Positions 10,565 through 20,805 of a stretch of DNA of 64,000 nucleotides are shown piece by piece. The position numbers and the translations under genes are program-made. Every line of letters begins with the position of its first letter. The stretch's first letter is position 1. Origin of the DNA: a virus. Taxonomy: Duplodnaviria > Caudoviricetes. The notes under the pieces are model-generated. The model was given only the letters and a program-made list of their open reading frames with translations, was not told the origin of the DNA and did no database searches. The DNA lies in the IMG/VR virus record IMGVR_UViG_3300010163_000002, positions 160,001 through 224,000 of that record. One strand, given 5' to 3'.

Positions 10565-11158
10565 GTGCATTGGAATAATGGCGAATTTCATAAACATCTT
10601 ACTGTGTATAATACACTGTTTATGACAGAACATAAGCATTACGGTATTAGAGGCTCAGAAACCTCCACAATATTTGGAGATGGTATTGTAGATACCGAAA
10701 TGTATGGAAATAAGATTAAGATAAAAAGTACTAATGGAGATATAGATATTGTATCTCCAAAAGATGTGAATGTAAGTGCGATAACTAATGCTATTACATG
10801 TAAAGATTTCAAAGTCGATGCAAATAATGGCGCTAGTATTAAAGCTAAAAATACTGTTGTTATTTCTTCTGACGGTACAGCTAATATTTATGCAGATAAA
10901 AAGCTTGAAATTATATCTAATACGGATACGATACGAATTGAAGCAAGTAAAGATGTTGGTATTAAATCTGTAAATGGTAATGCTGCTATCAATGCAAAAA
11001 ATAATGTTAGCATTACAAGCGGAAATAATATTGATCTTAATTGTACAAATTTAAATCTTAAACCATCAAGTAGATGTACTTTAAGTTCAGCAATGTATGG
11101 AACTTCTTTACCGGGAAGCGGAGTGCAAGGGCAAGTATTCTTTAAGCTTATCTCATGA
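10565..11158 (+). CDS. beta-helix repeat spike/fibre protein (gp5-C-like)
   Basis: 8-residue repeats (IKAKNTVV/ISSDGTAN/IYADKKLE) and a C-terminal YGTSLPGSGVQGQVFFKL motif; GTG start with RBS GGAGGTG. Confidence 0.55.
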   Translation: MHWNNGEFHKHLTVYNTLFMTEHKHYGIRGSETSTIFGDGIVDTEMYGNKIKIKSTNGDIDIVSPKDVNVSAITNAITCKDFKVDANNGASIKAKNTVVISSDGTANIYADKKLEIISNTDTIRIEASKDVGIKSVNGNAAINAKNNVSITSGNNIDLNCTNLNLKPSSRCTLSSAMYGTSLPGSGVQGQVFFKLIS

Positions 11159-11187
11159 TATAAGATGGGTAAGGAGGTGAAGTAAGT

Positions 11188-13119
11188 ATGGGATTTTCAT
11201 ACACTGGTAGTCACTCATTTGATATTACAGAAACAAATTTAACGGTTGATGTTTGGCATGAACATCCATCTTTTAATTTGTCATTTTCTTTGGAGAACGT
11301 TACAGATAAAGTCGCTACATGGAAATATAATGGCGGATCTATAAGCGGTTCATCATTCTTTACAGGTACAATTACTTTTAGAGGAAATAAAAGTAGTTAT
11401 GTTGTTAATATCGCAAGGCCTGAAGGAAGTAGTGGAACTACGATTATACCTGGTGGTACTTTTAAGAGTACTTGGAGCGATAGCCCATCTGATTTTGTTG
11501 TTAGCTTGGATTGTAGCTTGTGTAATGATACGCTTGATATATCTATTATAGATAAACGCCATAGCCATAATAATAAAAAACCAACTTGTAAAATAGATGC
11601 TACATCAGGTACAACTATAACTGTTAGTGCTCATGACAGTGATGGTACATTAAAGGTTAGGGAAGGTACTAGCGGATCTGAAAAGGGTAATCCGCATACA
11701 TTTACTGGATATTCTCAAGGCAGTAACCATACATATTATGCTATTAGTAAGTGTTCTAATAGCGGTTGCAAAACTGATAAGAATAAAAAAGTATCAAACT
11801 CTGTATCAGGTAAAACATGGGCGATATCGTGCTATGAGCTTACAGCACAAAGAAAAACAAAACAGTTAACTTTTGAAGCTCACCAAACACCTGGAACATT
11901 GGGCAATGCAACTCAACCAGTTGTGTTCGAACTAATGGATGGGTCTGGTAATATAATAGCAACATCGCCAAATATTGCATGTACTGCTAATGGTTTTGCT
12001 AATTATACATTTACAGGATTATCCCCTGGTGTTAATTATGTTTGTAAAGCACATACCGTTGGAATATTAAATGCATCAGGTGTTCCTGACAATGTTGCTT
12101 CGAGTAATGGATCAACATCAGAATCATTTAAACCTGTAGCGCCGTCTGGAGATTATTCTGCCACAACATGGGTATATTATATCTCATGGGATGCCGGAGG
12201 TTCAGAAGATGTTACTTGCAGTTGGAGCTGCTCTAATGGCCAAGGAGGATCTTTATCTAATGGCGGAGGATATGCTTTTATGTCAGGATTAACTCCTGGC
12301 GCTACTTATAGTATATACTATACAATAACAGATAAAGAAGGAAACACTTCTTCTGGGTCTGGTTCAATTACTACTCATAAAGCATCATTTTATCAAGATT
12401 TTAGCAGTACAAAAATTATTCAATTTAGCTCGTATTCCAACCATGGCAGCGATTCTATGGAACAAAGCTGTGGAGGTGGATGGGAAGCAGTAGAACAGAA
12501 AGAATTATCTACTTATAATAATTTAGGAGACGGAAGAGGGTATACCATAAGGGCAAGAATTTATGGTTGCTATGCGTTTAATTCAAGTGGCGGAAGAACA
12601 AGTTATAATGATAGCGAAATATCAAAAACGGTATATACTCAATCACTATCTTTATCAGGATGGATTACTGAAGAGCATCAGCATTCTATAGTAACCGGAT
12701 GGCAGGCATATGCAGATGGTTCATCGAGAGATTACGACCCACTTGATGGAACAGCATTTAGTTTTACTTATATGGTAACAAAAGCAAGAAAAACATATCC
12801 ATATCAACGTTCTGAAGTTATTGCAGGACCTAATGGCAATACTACAGGAAGCTATTCATCTAAAAGAATATACTCCAATAATCTTACATGGTATTATTGT
12901 GAATATGAAATAACTGCTACTGTAACAGATGGTTACAATACTGCATCTGATACTGTAATTGGGCATACTACATTTCCATTTACTTGGGTATTTGATGGAG
13001 GAAGATGGCATAAAGCGATGCCGCATATTTATGCATCAGAAGCAGGTTCTTCTGGTTTTATACCCGCTGCAGGGTTTGTATATAGAGGGCAAGGCTTTAA
13101 TGAGCCTAATGGGGAGTAA
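11188..13119 (+). CDS. fibronectin-III-repeat tail-fibre/adhesin protein
   Basis: FTGLSPGVNY, MSGLTPGATY and YNNLGDGRGY Fn3 signatures; Ser/Gly/Thr-rich; C-terminal WHKAMPHIY. Confidence 0.6.
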   Translation: MGFSYTGSHSFDITETNLTVDVWHEHPSFNLSFSLENVTDKVATWKYNGGSISGSSFFTGTITFRGNKSSYVVNIARPEGSSGTTIIPGGTFKSTWSDSPSDFVVSLDCSLCNDTLDISIIDKRHSHNNKKPTCKIDATSGTTITVSAHDSDGTLKVREGTSGSEKGNPHTFTGYSQGSNHTYYAISKCSNSGCKTDKNKKVSNSVSGKTWAISCYELTAQRKTKQLTFEAHQTPGTLGNATQPVVFELMDGSGNIIATSPNIACTANGFANYTFTGLSPGVNYVCKAHTVGILNASGVPDNVASSNGSTSESFKPVAPSGDYSATTWVYYISWDAGGSEDVTCSWSCSNGQGGSLSNGGGYAFMSGLTPGATYSIYYTITDKEGNTSSGSGSITTHKASFYQDFSSTKIIQFSSYSNHGSDSMEQSCGGGWEAVEQKELSTYNNLGDGRGYTIRARIYGCYAFNSSGGRTSYNDSEISKTVYTQSLSLSGWITEEHQHSIVTGWQAYADGSSRDYDPLDGTAFSFTYMVTKARKTYPYQRSEVIAGPNGNTTGSYSSKRIYSNNLTWYYCEYEITATVTDGYNTASDTVIGHTTFPFTWVFDGGRWHKAMPHIYASEAGSSGFIPAAGFVYRGQGFNEPNGE

Positions 13120-13131
13120 AAATTAAAATAC

Positions 13132-13160
13132 ATCACAGGGGGTAATATACCTCCTGTGGT
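13132..13160. terminator. intergenic hairpin
   Basis: CACAGGGGGTA-ata-TACCTCCTGTG (one G-U pair). Confidence 0.6.
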
Positions 13161-13222
13161 AATATTATCCAGCATGACGAAGATAAACATAAAATTAAAT
13201 GAACAAAAAATATTAAGGGGGT

Positions 13223-14017
13223 ATGAATGTCATGCTAACTTCTGACAATACAGTCTTACCGCTGATTATTATTCTGGTGCTTTTGATATTTGTTATGCTA
13301 ATTATACTGATTATTATGGTGACGAATTTCAAAAAATCGATTAGCTCGTTTAATGAGAATACTTTATCTGATTTCAGTAAGTATAAAAACGAGTTAATAG
13401 AACAGAATAACGTATTAGCAAAACAGCTATTAGAGCAACAGAAAAACTCAGAAATTAATAATGGAAAACATAAGGGCATAGGAAATAAATGCCTTGTTGA
13501 TACATTTGTACGAATAAGCGGAGCTATAAAAGAGAATTGCATATTGGCAATGAATGATATCAGCGCTGTAAGGCTGGCAATATATCTGTTTCATAATGGC
13601 ACGTCGTCTACTCATGGAATTAGTTTTTTGAAAATTTCATGTATTTGCGAAAAAGTGGCTATCGGAAGCGGTGTACGAGAGCGTATGATCGAGCATACAA
13701 ATATCCCTATAAATTTATTTGATGAAATGATAGGAAAAATGATTGTTAATGATAGATATATTATTATTAACAAAGAGGATGAAATTCAGAATAGCAATCA
13801 TAAAATGTTTATTTCGTCTGATAAAATTACATACGCTCAGCTTATTCCTATATATGATATAAACAATAACATGTTGGGGTTTGTTGAGGCTGAGATGGAA
13901 CATGTTTATTCTAAAGATGTTGCTGATAAAGAGAAGTCTAATCTTAATTTGTTAGTTAAACAATTAGTTCCAATTCTTTCATACTCTGAATACGCAACTA
14001 TTAATAGTCATGAATAG
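13223..14017 (+). CDS. single-TM protein with coiled coil and GAF-like C-terminal domain (possible holin/lysis regulator)
   Basis: Long N-terminal hydrophobic helix; YLFHNG motif; IPIYDINNNMLGFVEAE GAF-like end; own promoter motif at 13186-13197. Confidence 0.45.
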   Translation: MNVMLTSDNTVLPLIIILVLLIFVMLIILIIMVTNFKKSISSFNENTLSDFSKYKNELIEQNNVLAKQLLEQQKNSEINNGKHKGIGNKCLVDTFVRISGAIKENCILAMNDISAVRLAIYLFHNGTSSTHGISFLKISCICEKVAIGSGVRERMIEHTNIPINLFDEMIGKMIVNDRYIIINKEDEIQNSNHKMFISSDKITYAQLIPIYDINNNMLGFVEAEMEHVYSKDVADKEKSNLNLLVKQLVPILSYSEYATINSHE

Positions 14018-14021
14018 CTTA

Positions 14022-14047
14022 ATAGCCATGGAGCAATCCATGGCTAT
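14022..14047. terminator. intergenic hairpin, GNRA loop
   Basis: ATAGCCATGGA-gcaa-TCCATGGCTAT followed by ATTTTATT. Confidence 0.75.
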
Positions 14048-14089
14048 ATTTTATTACTTTGACATTTGAATAAAATGGAGGTGACAGAT

Positions 14090-15316
14090 ATGTCTAATGT
14101 ATACAAATTATCATCGGCAAATGGCGAAGAATATTATATCCCGTCAATAGAATATATAAATGAATTATTAAAACTTCTTGAAGATGCTGTAATGACTCAT
14201 TCTCTTAATACGGCATTACATAATGGAGATCCGGATTTTAAAGGATTTCCAGAAATTAAAACAGATAAAGTAGGGCTTAATATACTTGAAAACATTCTTA
14301 CGAATAACATGATGATTCATGCTAGTGCTATTGAAACTGATGCTGCTCATATGTTCATAACAAGAACATTATTAGATACATTGATTGCAAAACCAACATC
14401 GGCACAATTGGATGAACGTCTTAATGAATTAAAAATTAAATTAGAGCAAGAGCTTGATAATAACTATGTAAGAATTCTTAATACTCCAAATGCAATTAAT
14501 AAATTAAGAGATATTTCAATGATTCTTCAGGAGGAAGGTAATCTAGAAGCATTGCTTCAGGTTATGTCAGAAAAAGTTACTACAGAAGATCTTAAAAATC
14601 ATGAATTATCTAAATTCCATCTTAATGATAATGATCGTAAGGCGATTAATATTATATTGTCATTTATTAATGAAGGTTGCGCCGACTGGAATGCAACCCC
14701 AGACAAATACAATTATATAAGAAATAAACCAGAATCATTACCGGCAAATGGCGGTAACGCTGATACTGTAGCGAACCACGAAATAAAGGATGTAAGGAAT
14801 AAACACGGAGAAGACTTTGTTATTGGCGTTAACAACAATAATATATTTTACGATAAAGATTCATGCGATATTATGTATGAAAACACAGAGTCTCTTAAAG
14901 TAATAGACAATTATTCATTTGATTGCACTGCATTATTTAAACGTGGCACATATTTGATGCCGGATGTATATTTTAAAGGCCATCCTAAAATGATTAAGGG
15001 TATGAAACATCTTACGGTACTTAATAGCGGAAATGGCATCTTGAGCTTTGATAATATGGAAGTTAGGGATTTAACTATATCTGGCAAGGTAATTATATCA
15101 TCTAACACTATACTTGATAACGTTGTATTCAGTAATTGCGATATTACGCTATCTAATGCTGAAAACTGCGATATAAGGAATTGTGTATTTAGTAATTGTG
15201 AGTTTAAGCTTAATGGATCGTTTGTTCATAATGTAATAGCAATGAATAGATTCAATATGTGCAGTTATGTAAAATATATAGGATCTGACAATGTAATTTT
15301 TGGAAACGTATATTAA
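14090..15316 (+). CDS. tail-fibre/tailspike protein with C-terminal right-handed beta-helix
   Basis: ADWNAT..YNYIRNKP and SLPANGGNADTV fibre motifs; NC-rich repeats (NVVFSNC, NCVFSNC). ATG at 14090 follows GGAGGTG; promoter motif at 14061-14072. Confidence 0.55.
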   Translation: MSNVYKLSSANGEEYYIPSIEYINELLKLLEDAVMTHSLNTALHNGDPDFKGFPEIKTDKVGLNILENILTNNMMIHASAIETDAAHMFITRTLLDTLIAKPTSAQLDERLNELKIKLEQELDNNYVRILNTPNAINKLRDISMILQEEGNLEALLQVMSEKVTTEDLKNHELSKFHLNDNDRKAINIILSFINEGCADWNATPDKYNYIRNKPESLPANGGNADTVANHEIKDVRNKHGEDFVIGVNNNNIFYDKDSCDIMYENTESLKVIDNYSFDCTALFKRGTYLMPDVYFKGHPKMIKGMKHLTVLNSGNGILSFDNMEVRDLTISGKVIISSNTILDNVVFSNCDITLSNAENCDIRNCVFSNCEFKLNGSFVHNVIAMNRFNMCSYVKYIGSDNVIFGNVY

Positions 15317-15326
15317 ACTATAAAAA

Positions 15327-15352
15327 TCCGATAGGGTTTACACCCTATCGGA
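15327..15352. terminator. hairpin overlapping the 3' end of the convergent gene
   Basis: TCCGATAGGGT-ttac-ACCCTATCGGA. Confidence 0.7.
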
Positions 15353-16666
15353 ATTCGTTTCGTTATATTCATTTATGAAACTTATAGTATCATTTACAAA
15401 TTTTCTATCTGTATATATTCCTATAATAGTTCTTTCATTTATTATACCTTCATCTATATGGGCAATCATTTTTCCCCAATCCATTTTGTATTCAAGTCTT
15501 TTACCGCCATTAAAGATAATAAAATTTAAAAATCTCATTGGACTAATTGCTATACGTTGCGTATAGTCTAATACTTTATCTATACCAGAGCCATAAAATA
15601 TATTCTTGAAATGTATATCGAGAGGTTTATTTAAATCTTCAGTATCAACTCCATATTCTGTAGTTGTTAAAAGGGCCCAATGATTTTCATCTTCATGCGG
15701 TACTCTAGTAACAATACCTGTCATGATAGATATATAATCAAAATTACTAGGAATATCTTTATTAAGAAATCTGTGTTCATCTTTTTGCGAGAAGTATGTA
15801 TAACAATACGGTGCTGTCATTTCCACTTCTAAAGGAAATTCAATATTATAGTTTGTGGTGATAGAATCAATTCTATCTCCGCTATCCATTGTTGGTAATT
15901 CACTTTTAATATGTACAACACAGTTAGGCACTTTAATAAAATATTCATCATTTCCTGTAGCGCATCTTAATTTGTACATGAATGGTATCAGGGAATGCGA
16001 GTTGAGATAATTCAATAATGATATAGGACTTTTGGGGTTTCCGTCTTGTTCAAGTTCAAATCCATTATCAAATGCAATCTGCTTTATAATATCTTTTGGC
16101 ACATGTACATCAACGTCAATATTTAATGTTTCGCTCCATCCAGCCCTATGTTTTAGTTTAATAAATTCCATCATATCAAGCTGCTGAGCTTTGGTATCTA
16201 CTCTCATTTTAAACAAAAAATTCATTTTTATTGTTTTAAATATAATCTGCAGAAATAATCCTTTATTATTTTCAATATCTTTAAAGAATATTCCTTCAAG
16301 ACGAGATCTTCTTAGTAACATAGGAATTTCAGGAGCGGAGTCAATCCAATCTCTATTATAAGAAAGGTCTATTTCCGGAACTAATGCTAATAATGGATTT
16401 GTTCTTTGTAATTTATCATTTATTGATGAGAATTTTCTAAATTCATCAAAACTATGAGTTCCATCCACATAAATAGAATTAAAGAATTTTTCCTTGAATT
16501 TAGACAAAAACCACTCTAATATAACTTCAGTGCATACTGAATATGATTGCTGCTGAGATGGTAATATGACACTGGTTCTCATTAATCTTGGTGTTTTTGC
16601 TTCAAATATATCTTGAGGCCTTAATGGTCTCAGACGATCTTTTTTTGTATTGCCTAAAGAGATCAT
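15338..16666 (-). CDS. conserved jumbo-phage virion structural protein (neck/tail-terminator-like)
   Basis: 442 aa, RBS AGGAGGG, promoter motif GACA-tctgaa-TAA at 16692-16703; fold assignment is inference. Confidence 0.45.
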   Translation of the reverse strand: MISLGNTKKDRLRPLRPQDIFEAKTPRLMRTSVILPSQQQSYSVCTEVILEWFLSKFKEKFFNSIYVDGTHSFDEFRKFSSINDKLQRTNPLLALVPEIDLSYNRDWIDSAPEIPMLLRRSRLEGIFFKDIENNKGLFLQIIFKTIKMNFLFKMRVDTKAQQLDMMEFIKLKHRAGWSETLNIDVDVHVPKDIIKQIAFDNGFELEQDGNPKSPISLLNYLNSHSLIPFMYKLRCATGNDEYFIKVPNCVVHIKSELPTMDSGDRIDSITTNYNIEFPLEVEMTAPYCYTYFSQKDEHRFLNKDIPSNFDYISIMTGIVTRVPHEDENHWALLTTTEYGVDTEDLNKPLDIHFKNIFYGSGIDKVLDYTQRIAISPMRFLNFIIFNGGKRLEYKMDWGKMIAHIDEGIINERTIIGIYTDRKFVNDTISFINEYNETNSDRV

Positions 16667-16720
16667 ATTAAATCCCTCCTTTATTAACTATTATTCAGAT
16701 GTCAAGGTAAAAAAATAATA

Positions 16721-16745
16721 TAGGGGCGAGTTTGCATCGCCCCTA
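16721..16745 (-). terminator. hairpin with U-tract on the minus strand
   Basis: TAGGGGCGA-gtttgca-TCGCCCCTA preceded by an A-run. Confidence 0.7.
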
Positions 16746-16753
16746 CATCATAT

Positions 16754-17302
16754 TTATTTTCCAAATAAGCCGCCAAAAATATCATTAAATTTATTAATTG
16801 TATCATAAGCAGCGTTTATTGAATCTTTTAAACGTTTTATTTCATCTACTGCTAATTCGTGGTGTGAGCGGGTATTATCTAGCTCTTCAGACTTACTTCC
16901 GACAGATATAGTATCTTTAAATGCGAATAGTTCGTCGTCATATAATAATAATATTGCACGAAGCTCTAATAATGCAAGAGCCTTTTTAATCCCAATTTCC
17001 ATACATTCTGATTTTACTTTATCCATCTTTTCTATATCTGCATAAATAGAGTCGGTGATACTAAATAACTCGTATTCATTTGTTATACAATCTGTACTAT
17101 AGGCTTCGATTGAATCAAGCTTTACCTGTGATTGTTCAACTAATACATTACAAAATAAAGTATGTATTAATGAATATCCTTCCCATACCTCTACGGCTTC
17201 ATTAATTGTAAACTTTTTCTTTATGCAATTTTCAATTATATCGCTTCCCATTTCCATTCCGGTATCCGCCAACATATTGGCAACTGCTAATGTTATTTTC
17301 AT
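16754..17302 (-). CDS. hypothetical protein, paralog of 17307-17786
   Basis: Start MKITLAVANM at 17302 follows RBS AAGGAGGG; aligns by eye with the upstream gene. Confidence 0.6.
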   Translation of the reverse strand: MKITLAVANMLADTGMEMGSDIIENCIKKKFTINEAVEVWEGYSLIHTLFCNVLVEQSQVKLDSIEAYSTDCITNEYELFSITDSIYADIEKMDKVKSECMEIGIKKALALLELRAILLLYDDELFAFKDTISVGSKSEELDNTRSHHELAVDEIKRLKDSINAAYDTINKFNDIFGGLFGK

Positions 17303-17306
17303 ATTA

Positions 17307-17786
17307 TCATCCCTCCTTAAGAACTTTATAAATTGCATTATCGTCATTTAATTCTATGCATTCTTTTGCAATGCTAAAAGCGGTATTAATATTATTGCCA
17401 TTAAAGAACCGCATATTGCAAAATTGATGACATAATATCTTTATGCATATTAATGCGGTCATAATACCTATTTTAGTATATTTGGAATCATCGTGTAATG
17501 AGTTTTCTTTTTGAGCCCGATTATATATAGACTTTAGCAACTCAGTAAGATCGTCTTTTTTTGTTATAAATTGTGTATAAAATACTTCACAATCATCCCA
17601 TCCAAATTTCATCATATCATCGGTTATAAGTCTTCCATATATTTCGAAAGCCATTCTATACCCGATCCATGCATGTAAAATATTTTCACTTTTATACCCT
17701 TGAGACTTTACTTCTTGTACAAAATCACTGGTTTTTTCGACTCCTAAATCGAATATCCAGTTTGCCATTGCTTGTGTAACTTTCAT
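17307..17786 (-). CDS. hypothetical protein, paralog of 16754-17302
   Basis: 159 aa, RBS AAGGAGGA, TATATTAT element upstream (17831-17838). Confidence 0.6.
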   Translation of the reverse strand: MKVTQAMANWIFDLGVEKTSDFVQEVKSQGYKSENILHAWIGYRMAFEIYGRLITDDMMKFGWDDCEVFYTQFITKKDDLTELLKSIYNRAQKENSLHDDSKYTKIGIMTALICIKILCHQFCNMRFFNGNNINTAFSIAKECIELNDDNAIYKVLKEG

Positions 17787-17856
17787 ACTATTTCCTCCTT
17801 GAGTATATATTAATTTCTATTATCATAATTATAATATATAAATGAAAAATATATTA

Positions 17857-17878
17857 GAGGGTGGAATTAACCACCCTC
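17857..17878. terminator. intergenic hairpin
   Basis: GAGGGTGG-aattaa-CCACCCTC. Confidence 0.65.
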
Positions 17879-17886
17879 CGTTGTAA

Positions 17887-18381
17887 TCAATCCTCTTCAA
17901 ACTTAGGTGTTTTACATTTTGTACCCTTCTTCTTTTTACAAGGATATCCTTTATCCTTAAGTGACTTGGCTAACCTTGTGGCTTTACTAACCTTATCAAG
18001 CACCTTGTCTTTAACCTTAGCGTTCTCTTTCTCACACGCTTTGCCAATCATTTCTGATACCCCACACTCGCTTTCAATGAGGAGCCCCACGGATTTAGCC
18101 GGCAGATTGTTCGCAGATGCAACAGCATCAAGAGCTTCTGCAATACTCTTAACTCCGTTATCCCTCATAAATGGCGCTAAGAATGTAGCTTCAGTAAAGT
18201 ATTCTTCATTAATCTTAACTACAGGAACCATCTCTGCAGTTGCAATATACTCTTCAGAGACTTCTTCAATGCTGCTATAATCTGAACGCACTTCTGACTC
18301 TCTTACAATACCATCAGTTCCAGGAAGATCAATTGCAGCGCATTCTGCTAATACGCTAAAACTATCTTTAATATACGGCAT
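17887..18381 (-). CDS. hypothetical late protein (possible internal head protein)
   Basis: Acidic N-terminus, Lys-rich C-terminus; promoter motif AACA-tctaag-TAA at 18406-18417. Confidence 0.5.
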   Translation of the reverse strand: MPYIKDSFSVLAECAAIDLPGTDGIVRESEVRSDYSSIEEVSEEYIATAEMVPVVKINEEYFTEATFLAPFMRDNGVKSIAEALDAVASANNLPAKSVGLLIESECGVSEMIGKACEKENAKVKDKVLDKVSKATRLAKSLKDKGYPCKKKKGTKCKTPKFEED

Positions 18382-18408
18382 AGTTATAATACCTCCTTTA
18401 AATTTTAC

Positions 18409-19185
18409 TTAGATGTTTTGGTTTGTAATAACACACATCTCTTTTAATGGGCCATTATGTCGTCCATTACTCTTAAGTTGGTCTATATGAGTTTTAATAT
18501 CTCCCCTAACTCTATCCTTTTCAGGAATATTATAAGATCCATTTACATTTACATACATTTTATGTACATTAAATATCTGCATTCTTTTTTGTTCAAGATT
18601 ATCCTTAACGGCTTGTTCTGCCGCATCAATAGCATCAAGCAATTCAGGATTAATATGGTTATAATACGATTCTATAAAAGCTCTATAGTTTCCTCTTACT
18701 TTATTAGTAGATATGTACATATAAGCGTTATGAACCGTATCATGCGGAGTTTTTGATAACGGAATCAATCCAACCCATGCTATATAATGAAGATACAAAA
18801 CTTCTTCTGCAACAGCATTAATATTCATATCTTCATTATTAGCGATTCTCTTTTTAACCACAATATTACAGATATCATATAATGTAAATGGAGAATGGTG
18901 AATTTCAATTTTTACCTTAGAACCCATTCTATTCGATGATACATTTTCTAAAACTGCACATTCTGTCATTCCTTCAATTCCTTTAAGATAACCAATGAAT
19001 CGTCTATATTCAAATGAATTTCTAACAATTCTTTCAAGATTATCTATATACTTATCAAACGATTTTGGATTGCTAAGATCATATGGCTCTTCATCATAAT
19101 CCGGCAACTCATTTATATTTATAATACTTTCACCGCCATCAGTGTATATATTATCTATTTTATTCATAGCTTCAACATTTATCAT
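18409..19185 (-). CDS. jumbo-phage protein with HNH-like motif
   Basis: ECAVL…IEIHHSPFTLYD…GLIPLSKTPHDTVHN resembles a beta-beta-alpha-metal pattern; promoter motif at 19204-19215. Confidence 0.45.
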   Translation of the reverse strand: MINVEAMNKIDNIYTDGGESIININELPDYDEEPYDLSNPKSFDKYIDNLERIVRNSFEYRRFIGYLKGIEGMTECAVLENVSSNRMGSKVKIEIHHSPFTLYDICNIVVKKRIANNEDMNINAVAEEVLYLHYIAWVGLIPLSKTPHDTVHNAYMYISTNKVRGNYRAFIESYYNHINPELLDAIDAAEQAVKDNLEQKRMQIFNVHKMYVNVNGSYNIPEKDRVRGDIKTHIDQLKSNGRHNGPLKEMCVITNQNI

Positions 19186-19257
19186 ATTAGAACACCTCCT
19201 AATTATATAAATGTTTAAGCCTTTATATCAAGTTGCCCTTGATTTAAATGATTTATT

Positions 19258-19845
19258 TTATTTGATTTGAACATCTCTTGATAGATTATTGGATTTAGAA
19301 TATACTATCTTCTTTGATGACATTCTATAATATCTTGATGGCACGAATGTGTATTCGCTATGGCAAACTTTACATTTACACATTAGAGCATCAGGATTAC
19401 CATTTACTCTTTTAAAATCCATCATATCAGCACTATCGCATACTTGGCATTTAAATGCATTGATATCAACCAATCCAGCCATATTTACATCTTTATCTGT
19501 AGCTAAACATACATCCCTATTTATTGCAGGTTTATTATCCCCTGGCAAAGCTTCATATGTTTCTTTAAGCGCATTAAGGTTATTTATGATTTCTTTATAC
19601 TTCATTTCATGGGTGTATTTATATATATTCAAGTAAAACATATGATTTACATCCACAAATAAAATATACTCAGCATCTTTAACAGATTTAATGTGAATAT
19701 ATCCATCACTACCGACAGATTTTTCTACACTCCCATCAGAGTATACAGACTCTAATAGAGATAAATATTCTCTTCCTCCAATATTATTTTTTACATCCGT
19801 TACTTCGTATACGTCAAATAATTTACATACATTATCAAGTATCAT
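19258..19845 (-). CDS. hypothetical protein with C-terminal zinc ribbon
   Basis: CQVC…CKVC motif; overlaps the upstream gene. Confidence 0.55.
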   Translation of the reverse strand: MILDNVCKLFDVYEVTDVKNNIGGREYLSLLESVYSDGSVEKSVGSDGYIHIKSVKDAEYILFVDVNHMFYLNIYKYTHEMKYKEIINNLNALKETYEALPGDNKPAINRDVCLATDKDVNMAGLVDINAFKCQVCDSADMMDFKRVNGNPDALMCKCKVCHSEYTFVPSRYYRMSSKKIVYSKSNNLSRDVQIK

Positions 19846-20782
19846 CTGCCATGTCCTCCGGCCTCATATTTTCAGTTTCTTCATCGTCTTCAAGACGTTC
19901 ATCGATATCTTCATATATTACATCATCGTCAGCAATAGAAAATCTTTCATATTGCTGTTTAAAGATATCATCCAGTTTATCATCAGGCATTTTACCAACG
20001 TTGAAATCGTCATCATCTACACTTGGTTGACGATATAGAGGCTCAAGAATTATATCAATAATCCTATCAATTGGCTCATCGGTCATTTTTTCAATAATAT
20101 GATACTCTATATCATATTTATCAGGCATATAACCACTTTCAGCGCAATCTTTTAATAGATCATATAGTGGTTTACTAGTAACGTCGTTTTTATTTTCTAC
20201 TATAATGAAATTAGATATATCAATTATAGAAAATCCTTTAGGTAGATTCTCCATTAATACTAATGGATCGGTATATGCGTAGTCCAAGCGAGTTACCTGA
20301 ACATCAAATTTAGGTTTGATATTATTGTATTTGAATCTTCTTCTAATAATATGATCATCTATAAGAGATTCAAATTGCTTATTCGAACAATGTTCGGCAA
20401 TTTCTAATGATATTTTTTCAAGTATTGAATTACTAATATTACGAATATTATTATACATATTTTTCCAACCTGCTAGATCTCCTCCAATAAGTAAATAATA
20501 CTTTTTATGTATGATCCAAATAGGTTTACCGTTATCGTCTTTCATATCTGTTTCTTCATCATACGATGAAAATAAAGATTTACAGCGCATATTGCGGCAC
20601 CAGTGTACCCCCATAATAGCTTCTTGTAGTTCTATAACATCTTCAAAATAATCTGGGGTGTACGATATCAGCATCACCAAGTTATCTTCAGTATTCCATA
20701 TCGTATTGCAATAACAATATGAATCTTTTGATTCTATTTTAGCCCTCTTAAGAGAAAATTTCTTTATTAGTTTATTAAGCAT
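19835..20782 (-). CDS. hypothetical protein with acidic C-terminal tail
   Basis: 315-aa ORF, RBS AGGAGG, co-oriented downstream of thyA. Confidence 0.55.
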   Translation of the reverse strand: MLNKLIKKFSLKRAKIESKDSYCYCNTIWNTEDNLVMLISYTPDYFEDVIELQEAIMGVHWCRNMRCKSLFSSYDEETDMKDDNGKPIWIIHKKYYLLIGGDLAGWKNMYNNIRNISNSILEKISLEIAEHCSNKQFESLIDDHIIRRRFKYNNIKPKFDVQVTRLDYAYTDPLVLMENLPKGFSIIDISNFIIVENKNDVTSKPLYDLLKDCAESGYMPDKYDIEYHIIEKMTDEPIDRIIDIILEPLYRQPSVDDDDFNVGKMPDDKLDDIFKQQYERFSIADDDVIYEDIDERLEDDEETENMRPEDMADDT

Positions 20783-20805
20783 ATAATTATCCTCCTATAG
20801 GATTG

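Noticed and set aside
19835-20782. Possible degenerate ThyX next to thyA
   Set aside because: Only a vague resemblance (LLIGG segment); the ThyX RHR-x7-S-x-R motif is absent.
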